Assembly: GCA_963749495.1 (NCBI GenBank)
Contig: CAVVMW010000004.1
Location: 640,001 to 704,000, forward strand
Source of the DNA: an uncultured bacterium
Lineage (GTDB): Bacteria > Verrucomicrobiota > Verrucomicrobiia > Limisphaerales > UBA8199
Direction: 5' to 3'
Length of the DNA stretch: 64,000 nucleotides
Shown here: positions 1 to 10,333 of the stretch, piece by piece
How positions within the stretch are numbered: position 1 is the first letter of the stretch
Layout of the letters: every line of letters begins with the position of its first letter
Notes under the pieces: model-generated
Databases searched by the model: none
Told to the model about the DNA's origin: nothing
Seen by the model: only the letters and a program-made list of their open reading frames with translations
Translations under genes and position numbers: made by a program

Positions 1-150
1 GCTAGGGCCAGGGGAAAAGTCACGAAGAGCCGGGGCTGCTTGCCTTGCGAACGGATGGCCTGGACCTTCAAAGGATAGGTGGTCTGCATTTTTTTCGATA
101 TTGTTTCAGATTGTGCTTGCATTTCATGGGTTAGATTATAATCTAATCCC

Positions 151-994
151 ATGTCCGATGCTCTTATTATTCCTTTTGAACTGCCCCTGCCGCAAGTCCT
201 GCCCACCATCGAAGGCAATGTTGATTACCGCGATTTCCGCGACCAGTTGCTGCGCATCGATCATCTGCTGCGCGACAGCGGCCTGGAAACCCAACTCATG
301 CGAAAAGACCTCCAGGGGTGGCTGGGCCGGCACCGACACGTCAGCGCCAAAGCCCAGCAGACCCGCCAAAAGCACTGCCGGCGCGCCTTGCGCTGCAATA
401 TCGCCCCCACCTTGATCGGGGGAAACTACCGCGGGTTTGCCGCCCGTTCGGCCGACAGCCCCTTGCTCCAATTCTTCTGCGGCCTCAGCGAAGTGGACCG
501 CGTGCAGGTGCCCAGCAAAAGCACCCTCCAGCGCTATGATCTGTGGTGGCCAGAAGCCCAGGTGCACCAAGTCGTTGAGCAACTGCTCAATCAAGGCGCC
601 ACAGCCCCGGACCAACTCCATCTGCCCCAGGCCCTGGATCTGGAAAGCGCCTTCCTGGACACCACCTGCCTGGCGGCCAACATCCACTACCCGGTTGATT
701 GGGCGTTGCTGCGCGACGGCACCCGCACGCTCATGAAGGCGGTGCAACTCATCCGCGACCAGGGCCTCAAACATCGCATGGAAGAGCCCCAGACGTTTGT
801 CCGGCGCATCAACCACCTGTGCATCCAGATGACTCACGCCTGGAACAAGGACAACGACAGCCAACGGCAGCGCAAAAAGACGTTGCGCCAGATGGACCGC
901 GTGGTGAGGGTGGTCCGCAGTCATGCCCGGCGCTATCGGGACCTGCTGGAGGAGGGTTGGGAGCAGACCGATTGGACCCAAGCCCAGGCCCAGC
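151..994 (+). pseudogene. Transposase (IS5/ISNCY-like), 3'-truncated by the IS66-like element
   Basis: The ORF has transposase-like motifs (PSKSTLQRY; FLDTTCLAANIHYPVDW). Its coding sequence stops at the inverted repeat that starts at 995. Confidence 0.7.
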
Positions 995-1056
995 GTGATG
1001 CTTCGGCAAGGATGCGTGCCCGGTTGCGGTGGGCAGGGTAGTCTTGCTGCCAGATT

Positions 1057-1473
1057 ATGGCAGCGACGAGAGCAGCGTCGTCCGACCCCGCCTTGGCGGT
1101 CGGCTTGGCACGGGTGCAACCGGCCCTGGCGGCCTGGCGGCAGCGGCGACGGCACCGAGAAGCTATTCCTGAGAACTTGTGGCGGCTGATTGTGCCCTTG
1201 GCCCAGTCACACGGCGTGAGTCCGGTGGCCCGAGCACTCCGTCTCAATTACACCGCGCTGCGGCAGCGCACTCTGGCCGGGAGGGCACCGGTGCTGGCGG
1301 GCAACCCATCTGCTGGGTTCGTGGAGGTGGCGGTGCCTCCGTGGCCAGGCGGGGCGCCGTGGAGCATTGAACTGGAGGATCACCGCGGCGCCAAAATGAC
1401 GGTGCGCCTGGCTTGCGGTGATGCTGCCACCGTGCTGGCCTTGGCCCAAGGGCTGTGGAGGCAGCGGCCGTGA
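1057..1473 (+). CDS. tnpA: IS66 accessory protein TnpA-like
   Basis: HTH-like segment (IPENLWRLIVPLAQSHGVSPVARALRLNY) and FVEV motif; the stop overlaps the tnpB start (GTGA). Confidence 0.75.
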   Translation: MAATRAASSDPALAVGLARVQPALAAWRQRRRHREAIPENLWRLIVPLAQSHGVSPVARALRLNYTALRQRTLAGRAPVLAGNPSAGFVEVAVPPWPGGAPWSIELEDHRGAKMTVRLACGDAATVLALAQGLWRQRP

Positions 1474-1832
1474 TCCAACTGACCCCGCAAATGCGTTTGC
1501 TGCTGGCGGTCGAGCCGGTGGACTTTCGCAAGGGCATCGATGGGCTGGTGGCGGTCTGCCGCCAAAGGCTCGCCGCCGATCCTTTAGCGGGCGGGTGGTT
1601 CGTCTTTTCGAATCGACGGCGCCAAGCCCTTAAACTGCTGGTGTGTGACGGCCAGGGATTTTGGCTGTGCCAGAAGCGACTCTCGCAGGGGCGCTTTAAT
1701 TGGTGGCCCAGCCCCAGCCAGCAAGCGACGTTGGGTCTGGATGTGCATCAACTGCAGTTGTTGCTGTGGAATGGCAATCCCAGCCAGGCCCAAGCGGCGC
1801 CGATGTGGCGTCCGATTGCGCCGACGGCTTAA
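1470..1832 (+). CDS. tnpB: IS66 accessory protein TnpB
   Basis: Signature PVDFRKGIDGL...FVFSNRRR..LKLL..DGQGFWLCQKRL..GRF. Confidence 0.93.
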   Translation: MIQLTPQMRLLLAVEPVDFRKGIDGLVAVCRQRLAADPLAGGWFVFSNRRRQALKLLVCDGQGFWLCQKRLSQGRFNWWPSPSQQATLGLDVHQLQLLLWNGNPSQAQAAPMWRPIAPTA

Positions 1833-1901
1833 ATGCGCCGGCCGCACAAAGATCGCACAACGCCCTTGCGTTCCAGATCCTGAGCGCGTATTCTGGCGCC
1901 C

Positions 1902-2798
1902 GTGCAGAGCGCATTTCGTTATCGCGGGCGCGACTACAGTGCCGCCGAGATTGAATCGATCCGGCAGTTAGTCGCCGCCCATCGGGGTTTGAGCCGGCGG
2001 CGGCTCTCGGCCAAGCTATGCGAGGCCTGGAACTGGGTGCAGCCCAATGGCCAGCCGCGCGACATGGTCGCCCGGAGCCTGATGCTGGAGCTACACCGGG
2101 CGGGCCACCTGCAACTGCCGGCCAAGCGGATGTCGCCGCCCAACAATGCGACGGCTCATTGGCGGCCGGTCTCGCCCGAACTGGAATTGCCGCTGGAGCC
2201 CGCGCCGCTGGAATGTTCTCTGGGCCAGTTGGGGCCCTTGGAAATCCGGCAAGTGCGCCGCACGGCTGAGGAGGGACTTTTTGACCGGCTACTCCAAAGC
2301 CACCATTACCTGGGATATACTCGGCCCGTCGGGGAACATCTCAAACATCTGGTGTATGGGCGGGGTCAGCCGGTGGCTTGCCTGGCGTGGTCGTCGGCGC
2401 CTCGGCACCTGGGGCCGCGCGATCGTTTCATTGGGTGGTCGGCGGCGCAGCGGCGGGCCAACATTCATCTGCTGGCCTACAACACGCGCTATTTGCTGAT
2501 GCCCTGGGTTTTGGTGCCCTGCTTGGCCAGTCATGTGTTAGCCGCCGTGGCGCGCGTGCTCTCCGCGGATTGGCAAGCGCTCTACCATCATCCGATTTAC
2601 CTGCTGGAGACCTTCATCGAGCCGGAGCGGTTTCGTGGCACCTGCTACCGGGCGGCCAACTGGACTTATCTGGGCTTGACCACGGGGCGGGGCAAGGATG
2701 CGCCCACCAAGCAGCCTAATCGCTCGCTCAAAGAGCTGTGGGTTTATCCGTTGCGGGCCGACTTTCGCCGCCGACTGGGCGCCCCGGGCCATGGCTAA
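1902..2798 (+). CDS. DUF4338 (Druantia DruA-like) domain protein
   Basis: Motifs HHYLG, GEHLK, RDRFIGWS, NTRYLL.PW, LASHVL, LLETFI..ERFRGTCYRAANW..LG.T.GRG, recalled as typical of DUF4338. Confidence 0.85.
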   Translation: MQSAFRYRGRDYSAAEIESIRQLVAAHRGLSRRRLSAKLCEAWNWVQPNGQPRDMVARSLMLELHRAGHLQLPAKRMSPPNNATAHWRPVSPELELPLEPAPLECSLGQLGPLEIRQVRRTAEEGLFDRLLQSHHYLGYTRPVGEHLKHLVYGRGQPVACLAWSSAPRHLGPRDRFIGWSAAQRRANIHLLAYNTRYLLMPWVLVPCLASHVLAAVARVLSADWQALYHHPIYLLETFIEPERFRGTCYRAANWTYLGLTTGRGKDAPTKQPNRSLKELWVYPLRADFRRRLGAPGHG

Positions 2799-3760
2799 AA
2801 GCACCGCTCCCGAGATCGTCAGTCTGAGCTCGGCCCAGGTGGAAGAGCTGCTGGTGACGTTGGCGCCGCTGTTGCCGCCAGAGACCTACCGGTTAGTCGA
2901 AAGAGTATTGCGGACCCTCCAATGGCTCATGGGCGCCATCGAAGCCAAGGACACCACCATCGGCCGGTTGGCGCGCATGATCTTCGGAGCTAAGACCGAG
3001 AAAACCGGCCAGCTTTTTCCCCAGCCGCCGCCAACCGGTTGCCCAAGTGCCGCCGCTGCAGCGCCTCCAGCCAAGCGTGAAGGCCATGGCCGCACGAGCG
3101 CAGCGGACTACACCGGAGCCAAACGGGTCCAAGTGCCCCACCCGCAACTGCGCCCGGGCGATCTTTGTCCCGACTGCAAGCAAGGCAAACTCTACCTCCT
3201 GAAGCGGCCCGCACAGATCGTGCGCATTACCGCCCAGTCTCTGTTTGCCGCGACCCGCTTCGAGTTGGAGAAGCTGCGCTGCAAGCTCTGCGGCAGAACC
3301 TTCACCGCTGCGGCACCTCCGGAGGCGGGCCTGGAAAAGTACGATCCGAACGTCGGCCCCATGCTGGGCTATTGGCGCTTTTGCGGCGGCCTGCCGCATT
3401 ACCGGTTGGACAAGGTGCAGACCGACCTGGGCGTGCGTCTGGCTGCCTTCACGCAATGGGAACTCATGGCCAAAGCCGGCCAGGCCCTCGAACCGGTGCA
3501 AGAGGCCTTAATCACCCTGGCGGCTCAGGGCCACTTGATCCACAATGACGACACGACCATGCGGGTGCAGAGCCTGGCCAAGGAAACCAGCGCCTGCCTA
3601 CCGGACAGGCAGGCCGCCACGGAGGGTAAAGAGCGCACCGGGATCTTCACCACCAGCCTGCTCTCGGAGGTGGAGGGCCATCGCATCGCCCTGTTCATTA
3701 CCGGGCACCATCACGCCGGCGAGAACCTGGACCAGTTGCTGGCGCGTCGCGCCAAAGAGG
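2791..3760 (+). pseudogene. tnpC: IS66 transposase TnpC, 5' part
   Basis: Leucine zipper (LARMIFGAKTEK), zinc finger CPDC...CKLC, LP.YRL and HNDDT motifs; breaks after ENLDQLLARRAKE. Confidence 0.85.
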
Positions 3761-3887
3761 CCTCAACGACATCTCGGAGGTGCTCCGGCACCAGTCGCAG
3801 AACACGACGGAGATCTATGCCAAGGTCGATCTCCGTTCGCTGCGAGAAGTGGCCAGGCCATGGCCCCGGATAGGAGGTGTGCGATGA
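3760..3887 (+). pseudogene. ritA: RitA tyrosine recombinase C-terminal remnant
   Basis: An alternative frame reads LNDISEVLRHQSQNTTEIYAKVDLRSLREVARPWPRIGGVR*, with an ATGA overlap into ritB. Confidence 0.75.
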
Positions 3888-4831
3888 AGACCCTTCGCGA
3901 TCACCTCGCCGAGTATGTCGCGGTTCGCCGGGCCTTCGGCGCCCAACTTCGGGAACAGGCGGTGACGCTCGGCCACTTCATCGACTATCTGGAGAGCCAA
4001 GGGGCGCGGTCCATTACGACCAAGCTGGCCGTGGATTGGGCGAGAAAGCCAGAGCGAGCACAGCGTGCCACCTGGGCCCGCCGCCTCTCCATGGTCAGGG
4101 GATTTGCCTCCTGGCTGAGTGTCCGCCATCCGCGCACGGAGGTCCCCCCGCGCGGCCTCATGGAAGCCCGCCACCGCCGCAACAGCCCCTACATCCACAC
4201 CGAGGCGGAGATCCAACGATTGATGGCGGAGGCGATGGACCTGCCTTCATCGAAGGGCTTGCGGGGCCTCACCCTGGCAACCCTCGCCGGCCTCATGGCG
4301 TGCACCGGCCTGCAACCCGGCGAAGCCGTGGCGCTCGAACTCAATGACGTGGACCTGCACACCCAAGTGCTCCTCATCCGCCAAAGCAAGTTCGGCAAGT
4401 CTCGCCTGGTCCCGATCCACGACTCCACGCGGCACGCCCTGGCCCAATATGCCCAGCAACGTGATCAACTCCATCCCCGTCGTCAAACCACCAGGTTCTT
4501 CGTCTCCGATCGTGGCACCGGATTGCACGCCGACACCATCCGGCGCACGTTCGCGAAAATATCCCGTGCCATCGGCTTGCGCCAGCAGCAGGAGGGCCGG
4601 CGCATTGGACGTGGCCCCAGACTTCAGGACCTGCGCCACACCTTTGCCACGGAACGCTTGGTGGAATGGTATCGGGCCGGGCTGAATGCCGGACGGCAAA
4701 TGCCCAAGCTGGCCACCTACCTCGGCCACGCCTCGGTCGGTAACACCTGCTGGTACATCGAGGCCGTCCCGGAGCTCCTTGGCCTGGCAAGCGAGTCTCG
4801 ATTCCACTTCACCCAGGGAGGTGCGCAATGA
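3884..4831 (+). CDS. ritB: RIT element tyrosine recombinase RitB (catalytic motifs degenerate)
   Basis: SKFGKSRLVP, DLRHTFA, WYRAG and LATYLGH motifs; middle gene of an overlapping recombinase trio. It has TGLQ instead of TGLR and QDLR instead of HDLR. Confidence 0.85.
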   Translation: MKTLRDHLAEYVAVRRAFGAQLREQAVTLGHFIDYLESQGARSITTKLAVDWARKPERAQRATWARRLSMVRGFASWLSVRHPRTEVPPRGLMEARHRRNSPYIHTEAEIQRLMAEAMDLPSSKGLRGLTLATLAGLMACTGLQPGEAVALELNDVDLHTQVLLIRQSKFGKSRLVPIHDSTRHALAQYAQQRDQLHPRRQTTRFFVSDRGTGLHADTIRRTFAKISRAIGLRQQQEGRRIGRGPRLQDLRHTFATERLVEWYRAGLNAGRQMPKLATYLGHASVGNTCWYIEAVPELLGLASESRFHFTQGGAQ

Positions 4832-5823
4832 TCACCGCCAACCTGGCAGGCCATGTGCAACGCTTCTTCACGGACCGCTTGATGGGGCAACTCGGCGCCA
4901 GTGCGCACACCGTCGCCAGTTACCGGGACACCTTCCGCCTGCTGCTCCACTTCGCCACCAAACGTCTCAAATGCCAGCCCAGCCAGCTTCGGCTGGGGCA
5001 GATCAATGTCCCCTTCTTGAACGCCTTTTTTAAACACCTGGAACAGGACAGGTGCAACAGTGTCCGCACGCGAAATAATCGTCTGGCCGCCGTACATGCG
5101 TTCTTTCGCTACGTCTGCCTCCGGGATCCTTGGCTGGCACTCCACTGCCAGCGCGTTCTGGCGATGCCCTCCAAGCGTTACGAACGCCGTCCCGTGGAGT
5201 TCCTCACCGCCGAAGAAGCGGAAGCTCTCCTCAAAGCTCCGGATCCCGCGACCTGGATTGGCCGCCGCGACCAAGCCCTCCTGCAGGTGGCCCTGCAGAC
5301 CGGGTTGCGCAATGCGGAGATCACCTCGCTCCGGCGCCAGGATGTCCAATTGGGCACGGGTGCTCACGTCCGCTGCCTCGGCAAGGGCCGCAAGCAGCGC
5401 TGCACGCCTTTGCGCCCCGACGTGGCGACGCACCTTGGGCAATGGCTGTCGGAGCAACCAGCAGAGCCAACCTCGCCGGTCTTTTCAACGGCTCGCGGCA
5501 ACGCCCTCAGCCCCGATGCCCTGCAGCGGCTGGTCGCCCGACATTGGAAATCGGCCGCGCAGGTTTGCCCCTCGCTCAAAACCAAACATGTCACGCCCCA
5601 TACGCTGCGCCACACGGCGGCCATGGAACTTTTGCGCCGCGGGGTCGATCTGACGGTGATTGCGCTTTGGCTCGGTCACGAGTCAACTCAAACCACACAA
5701 ACCTATCTCCATGCCGACATGTCGCTAAAGGAACGAGCCCTCGCCCATGCCGCTCCGAACGGAATTGCCCCCAAACGTTACTGTCCTCCAGACCCGCTGC
5801 TGAGGTTCCTGGAGAACCTGTGA
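4828..5823 (+). CDS. ritC: RIT element tyrosine recombinase RitC
   Basis: SAHTVASYRDTF, TRNNRLAA, TGLRNAE, GKGRKQR, HTLRH and WLGHES.QTTQTY motifs; ends LLRFLENL. Confidence 0.9.
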   Translation: MITANLAGHVQRFFTDRLMGQLGASAHTVASYRDTFRLLLHFATKRLKCQPSQLRLGQINVPFLNAFFKHLEQDRCNSVRTRNNRLAAVHAFFRYVCLRDPWLALHCQRVLAMPSKRYERRPVEFLTAEEAEALLKAPDPATWIGRRDQALLQVALQTGLRNAEITSLRRQDVQLGTGAHVRCLGKGRKQRCTPLRPDVATHLGQWLSEQPAEPTSPVFSTARGNALSPDALQRLVARHWKSAAQVCPSLKTKHVTPHTLRHTAAMELLRRGVDLTVIALWLGHESTQTTQTYLHADMSLKERALAHAAPNGIAPKRYCPPDPLLRFLENL

Positions 5824-5972
5824 TTATGCCGACCAGCGGCGCCAGGGAAAACCGCCGGCCAGAGCCGGGATGCCATCGCCGGCTCTGGCCGGCTAATCGC
5901 CAGCCAACCTCTCATCTGGTTCGACGCGCTGAGCCAGAACCGTACGCGGCATAATCCTGGGGGCGGCATAAT
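5823..5972. repeat. RIT right-end motifs
   Basis: ATTATGCCG at 5823-5831, and inverted copies GCGGCATAAT at 5946-5955 and 5963-5972 just before tnpC resumes. Confidence 0.7.
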
Positions 5973-6218
5973 ATCTGCGAGCGGGCCTTGAAGATGGCGA
6001 TCCTCCACCGGAAAAACTCGCTGGGCTACAAAACCCAAAACGGCGCTCGGCTGGGGGACCTGTTCATGAGTTTGATCCACACCTGCCGGCTCTGCGCCGG
6101 CAACCCCCTGGACTATCTCAACGCCATTCAGCGCCATGCCAAGGAGGCGAGGGAACATCCGACCCGGTGGTTCCCCTGGAATTACAAGCAAGCCCTCCCA
6201 CCTGCCGATACCGGCTGA
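5970..6218 (+). pseudogene. tnpC: IS66 transposase TnpC, 3' part
   Basis: NICERALKMAILHRKNSL...SLIHTCRL...NPLDYL...FPWNY is the IS66 catalytic Glu region and C-terminus. Confidence 0.85.
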
Positions 6219-6326
6219 GCAAGACTGAATGGCCCGCGCCGGCCGCCAGCCGACTCCCCCCCGTAAACACCGCGCTCACGCGCGAAGCGGATTTTTTGGG
6301 CCGGCGCACGCTTGCCGAAGCAACAC

Positions 6327-7146
6327 CCTCGATGAGCTATTCAAGTCTTTCGAGCAGGATGATCCAGGACTCTCTGCCATCCTCGAAGCGCTAGCTTTCA
6401 CCGGCACGGCCGCCGCTCTGGAAACCCTGCGCGTGATTGAATTTCGCCTCGCAAGCCGGGTGCCTGAATTGCGTGCTGAGTTGGCTTGCGGCGACCGCTC
6501 GTCGGCGTTTGTCAGCCAGTTGATGCGTGGGGAATGCCTGCCCGCGCGCGAAGAGTTCCTGAAGCAGCTTCGGCATGCGATCCAGTGCATCGCCAGCCGG
6601 CCGGAGCCGCTGCCTATGAATGTAAAGGAGAATATTTTGGCAGCGGCCTCAGCGACACCGGAATCCATCAGCACGCTCTTGAGCCGAATGGAGGACGACA
6701 AACTTGAGTTCAAGGCGGCGTTGCGATGGGACCCGGCTAGCAAAGCCATTGACGAAAAGCTTGAACGTCGCGTTTTACAGACGGTGGCCGGGTTTGCGAA
6801 CGCTGCCGGTGGCACGCTCCTTATCGGAGTCAATCCCGATCGGAAGGTCATCGGCTTGGAGAGGGACTACGCTTCGCTCAAGGGTGACAGTGACCTATTT
6901 GAGCGGCATCTTCGGCAGCTTTTTCAGGGGCAGCTCGGCAAAGCTGTGACGATCTTGAACGTGAAGATCTCTTTCCACGAGATTGGCGGAATGGAGATCT
7001 GCCGCGTTGACGTGGAACCCGTTTCGGAGCCGGTGTTCACCAAATCAAGTGGCAGAGAAGCGTTTTACGTGAGGAACGGAAACGCAACAGTTCCGTTGGA
7101 GGGTGGCGAGTTGGCCAAGTATTTGAAGCGTCGGTTCCGAAGTTGA
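6327..7146 (+). CDS. AlbA_2 (Schlafen-like) domain protein, probably 5'-truncated by the IS
   Basis: EDDKLEFKA, VAGFANAAGGTLLIGV and FYVRNGNAT motifs; the open frame runs back into the IS end. Confidence 0.75.
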
Positions 7147-7501
7147 GCACTTCAGGTGGCTGCCCGCAAAACCGCTGGCGCACGCGTCAGCTCCTATTGA
7201 CCTTGGCACACTTCTCGACGATCGGGCGCGCAAAAACCCGGAGCCCTCCGGTGCGGCCCCACGGGCCATGAGCTCTTCACGCCGCAGAACACCCGGATTG
7301 TGGGGAGCCCCCTGCCAAAAGCAGCACAACTGACCGCAACATGCCGCCGTTCTGATCCACCCGTCGTCTCGATGCGCAGCAGGCGAGCACGCTGACAATA
7401 CCGCCGTTCATCTTGGAGCTGGGTGGTTGCACCTCCCGGCCGAATCAATCTGGCCCGTGCGGGAGGTTAAGAGCCTCAAGGCCGCACTTCTCCGCTCCAT
7501 C

Positions 7502-10282
7502 TCATCGGGCCCTGGCGATTCGCGGCTGGGCCAGTGTGAACTCGATTTGTTCCCCTTGGGCGCCCAAATAACCGCCCCAGCCGATGCGAATCTCAGCGAC
7601 GCTGGAGGGATCGAGGTGTGCATTCTTGTCACTGGACCAGCCGGCCAACTGGAAACGGTTCAGGGAGACACACGTCTGCTCGTGGCCCGGCGCCCCGAGA
7701 GCCCGCCCCGTGGCGGCGAGGTAATCTGCGCCGCTCTGCTCGTGCAGGATGACCAGGAGTTGTGTTGGCGTCCGCTGTCCCGTCGGGACCCAGGTATCCA
7801 GGACGATACAGTCGGCGCCCCGGAGGTCCTGGGGCGGCGTGTAGGGGAAACTCAGGAACAGGTAAGTATCCACGTTGCTTTTGGCCAGGACGGCTTTGGC
7901 GCGCCACGCGGGCCGGTTGCCGTTGTGTGTTTCCTGTGCCAGTTCCTCTCGAACAAACTCGCCGCGGCCTACTCGGGGCGACACCTCCGGCAAGTCCCGC
8001 AGGTCCAGGCCCGGCAGCGCATCGTTTTGGATTGGGAACCGCTTCGGCAGCCGGGCGGCGGAGAAGCGGAGCAAGACGCCGCCATAGGCTGGGAGGTTCA
8101 CCGTGACTTCGCCAGCTTGGGGCAAGGCAGTAGTTTGGCCCGTGGCCGGATCGCACAGCTCTCCCGGCCCGCTGGCCGATAGGGCAACCTCGCCGGTCCA
8201 CGGGCGGTCCCCGTCGTTGATAATGAAGTAGATCTCCCGGCCATCAATGCGCCGATGGGTAGCGCGCAACGGAGAGCCCCTGCCGGCCACCTTCGCTGTT
8301 ACGTCCGGCTCCAGGATGGCGTCGAGGATCGTGGGCAGGAGCGCCGCCGAGCCGGTGGGCAGAAAAATGCCCCCACCACCGGCGCCGTTGCCCAAGGCAC
8401 GCGGTCGGCTTGCGCCGACATCAGCGCCAAATATCCCAGTCGCCAGGGCTTGAACGCGAGGCGAGGGAAACTCCGTCTCGCTGTTGGCAGGAGGGGCGCC
8501 GACTGCAACGAGCACACCGCCGCTTTGGACGAAACGCGAGACGTTCTCCCAGGCCGCCAGGGGGAGCGTGTCTGCGCCGGGCAGGACCAGGATGCGCCAG
8601 CGAAACCGGCCATGCACGAGGGCGCCCGCTTCCACCTTGGCTTCGACCAACGCGCGGCTATCAACGTAGGTGAAATCGCGTCCGGCGGCAAAGAGGCCTT
8701 CCGAGACCTCGTGAAAGAGATTCTCGACCTGCGCCGCCGAAGGCGAGTCTGTCGCATAGTGCCGGGCCGGAGTGAATCGCGGCCAGACGCTTTCAGTCGG
8801 ATACAACACGGCCAGGTCGGCCACCTGGGAGCCGCCTTTGAGCGCGGAGCAGCACCGGCCAACCCACTCGTTCAGGCTGCGCAGTTGCGCATCAGTCAGG
8901 CCGGCAAAGGAGTAATAGCTGTTGATGGTATTGATTCCCGACACGATCAGGCGATTGCACGTGCCGCGGATTTCTGCTTCGGTCACGTTGCGGACGGGAC
9001 GCGTGTCGCCCGCAGGGCGATAGCGCTGGGCGTGGTCGGAAGTTTCGCACATGGTCACGGCCCGATTCTCCAAATCGGCGGCGCTGCCCGCCAGCCGGGC
9101 GATAAACCACGGCACCTGGTCCGGGATGCTCGTCAGGCAATCAATGCCCGGAGCACTGAGCCGGCGCAAACAACCGAAGAAATCACCGTAAAGGGGCACC
9201 TGATTCACAAGGTTTTCCTCCATCAGCAAATGTCCGCCGGACAGCACGTTGTGCCCGGCGCACCACCGCTGAATCTGGCCGAAGAAATTCTCCGAAACCA
9301 ATTCTCCGACGGTCTGCCAGTAATCGTGCCGCACTCGCCGCGCCCTGGGCCCGGCGTCCGCAACCAGCGCCGGGACCACGCCCTCGATGGCATAGCCACG
9401 CCGTTTCCTGAACTCCACCGCCAGGTTGGCCGACCATGGCAGGACCCGGTAAGGCATCGGGCGCAGGAACAGGCTCATGAGCGAAGGTTCGTCGGTGAAG
9501 GTCGAGATGAACCAGCGGCCGAGATCGTCGCCCAGATGTGCGGCGTATCGCTGGTGCGTTACCTCCAGGAAACGCGCGGTCGGTTCGGGCTGCAACAGGT
9601 TGGGATAAGGGATGTGGTAGGAAAGGCTCATTGAGGCGTGGGTGCCTTCGTAGAGCGGGCCTTCCGTAATCGCCATCACCCGCCAGCGGCCAGCGGGCGC
9701 CTGCCACGATAACCTGCCGTCCCGGACCTGTGCCGCGAGGTTGGTCATCTCCAGGAGGTCGATCTCGCCACTATGCACAGGAAAGGCCGCCGTGAGAAAG
9801 GCGGTGCCCGGCGGCACCTCAAGGTTGAAGGAACCGCCATCCCCCTCGGCATCGGCAATGAGCAGACCGCGCGCGGCCCACTCCGGATGGTTCCGCAAAA
9901 CGATCCCACCCGCCGTGCCTGAGGGATACCCTCTCTCATCATAAAGCCAAAGAGCAAAGCCGGCTTTCCTGGCCTCTTCAACGGCGCGGCCCAGCGCCTT
10001 CCACCTCGCCTCGCTCTCCAGGTATTCCGTGAACGAGACATTGCAAACCACACCACCGAAGCCTTGACGGGCAAGCAAACGAATCAACGCATCCTGCGCC
10101 CCCAGATCGTCCGGCCACGAGTGGATGATCTTCAGGATGCGCGATTCCGCAGGCGGATATGACGCTTGAATGGGGAGTGGAGAATCAGCCCGGGGAATTT
10201 CTCCTGGAGGCGCGCCGAATACAGGGCGGGACAGCAAGCCCAACAAGAGGAGAACAAGGGCCGAAATACGTTCCGGTTTCAC
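7502..10282 (-). CDS. Secreted glycoside hydrolase-like protein (GH106/alpha-L-rhamnosidase-like)
   Basis: Signal peptide; WLYDERGYPSG.AGG, FTDEP and GHLLMEE motifs; 926 aa. Confidence 0.65.
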   Translation of the reverse strand: MKPERISALVLLLLGLLSRPVFGAPPGEIPRADSPLPIQASYPPAESRILKIIHSWPDDLGAQDALIRLLARQGFGGVVCNVSFTEYLESEARWKALGRAVEEARKAGFALWLYDERGYPSGTAGGIVLRNHPEWAARGLLIADAEGDGGSFNLEVPPGTAFLTAAFPVHSGEIDLLEMTNLAAQVRDGRLSWQAPAGRWRVMAITEGPLYEGTHASMSLSYHIPYPNLLQPEPTARFLEVTHQRYAAHLGDDLGRWFISTFTDEPSLMSLFLRPMPYRVLPWSANLAVEFRKRRGYAIEGVVPALVADAGPRARRVRHDYWQTVGELVSENFFGQIQRWCAGHNVLSGGHLLMEENLVNQVPLYGDFFGCLRRLSAPGIDCLTSIPDQVPWFIARLAGSAADLENRAVTMCETSDHAQRYRPAGDTRPVRNVTEAEIRGTCNRLIVSGINTINSYYSFAGLTDAQLRSLNEWVGRCCSALKGGSQVADLAVLYPTESVWPRFTPARHYATDSPSAAQVENLFHEVSEGLFAAGRDFTYVDSRALVEAKVEAGALVHGRFRWRILVLPGADTLPLAAWENVSRFVQSGGVLVAVGAPPANSETEFPSPRVQALATGIFGADVGASRPRALGNGAGGGGIFLPTGSAALLPTILDAILEPDVTAKVAGRGSPLRATHRRIDGREIYFIINDGDRPWTGEVALSASGPGELCDPATGQTTALPQAGEVTVNLPAYGGVLLRFSAARLPKRFPIQNDALPGLDLRDLPEVSPRVGRGEFVREELAQETHNGNRPAWRAKAVLAKSNVDTYLFLSFPYTPPQDLRGADCIVLDTWVPTGQRTPTQLLVILHEQSGADYLAATGRALGAPGHEQTCVSLNRFQLAGWSSDKNAHLDPSSVAEIRIGWGGYLGAQGEQIEFTLAQPRIARAR

Positions 10283-10333
10283 GCACCGAAGTTAGCGACA
10301 TTCCGAAATCTGGCGAGGCGGAAATGTAGTGGA

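Larger units (their letters stand above)
995..6326 (+). mobile_element. IS66-like element (tnpA, tnpB, DUF4338 gene, tnpC) with a nested RIT remnant
   Basis: Terminal inverted repeats: GTGATGCTTCGGCAAGGATGCG at 995 versus the reverse complement of 6305-6326, GTGTTGCTTCGGCAAGCGTGCG. IS66 gene order lies between them. No matching target duplication (GGCCCAGC vs CCTCGATG). Confidence 0.85.

Noticed and set aside
1902..2798. Complete Druantia defence system
   Set aside because: Only a DruA-like gene is present; there is no DruE helicase or other component.
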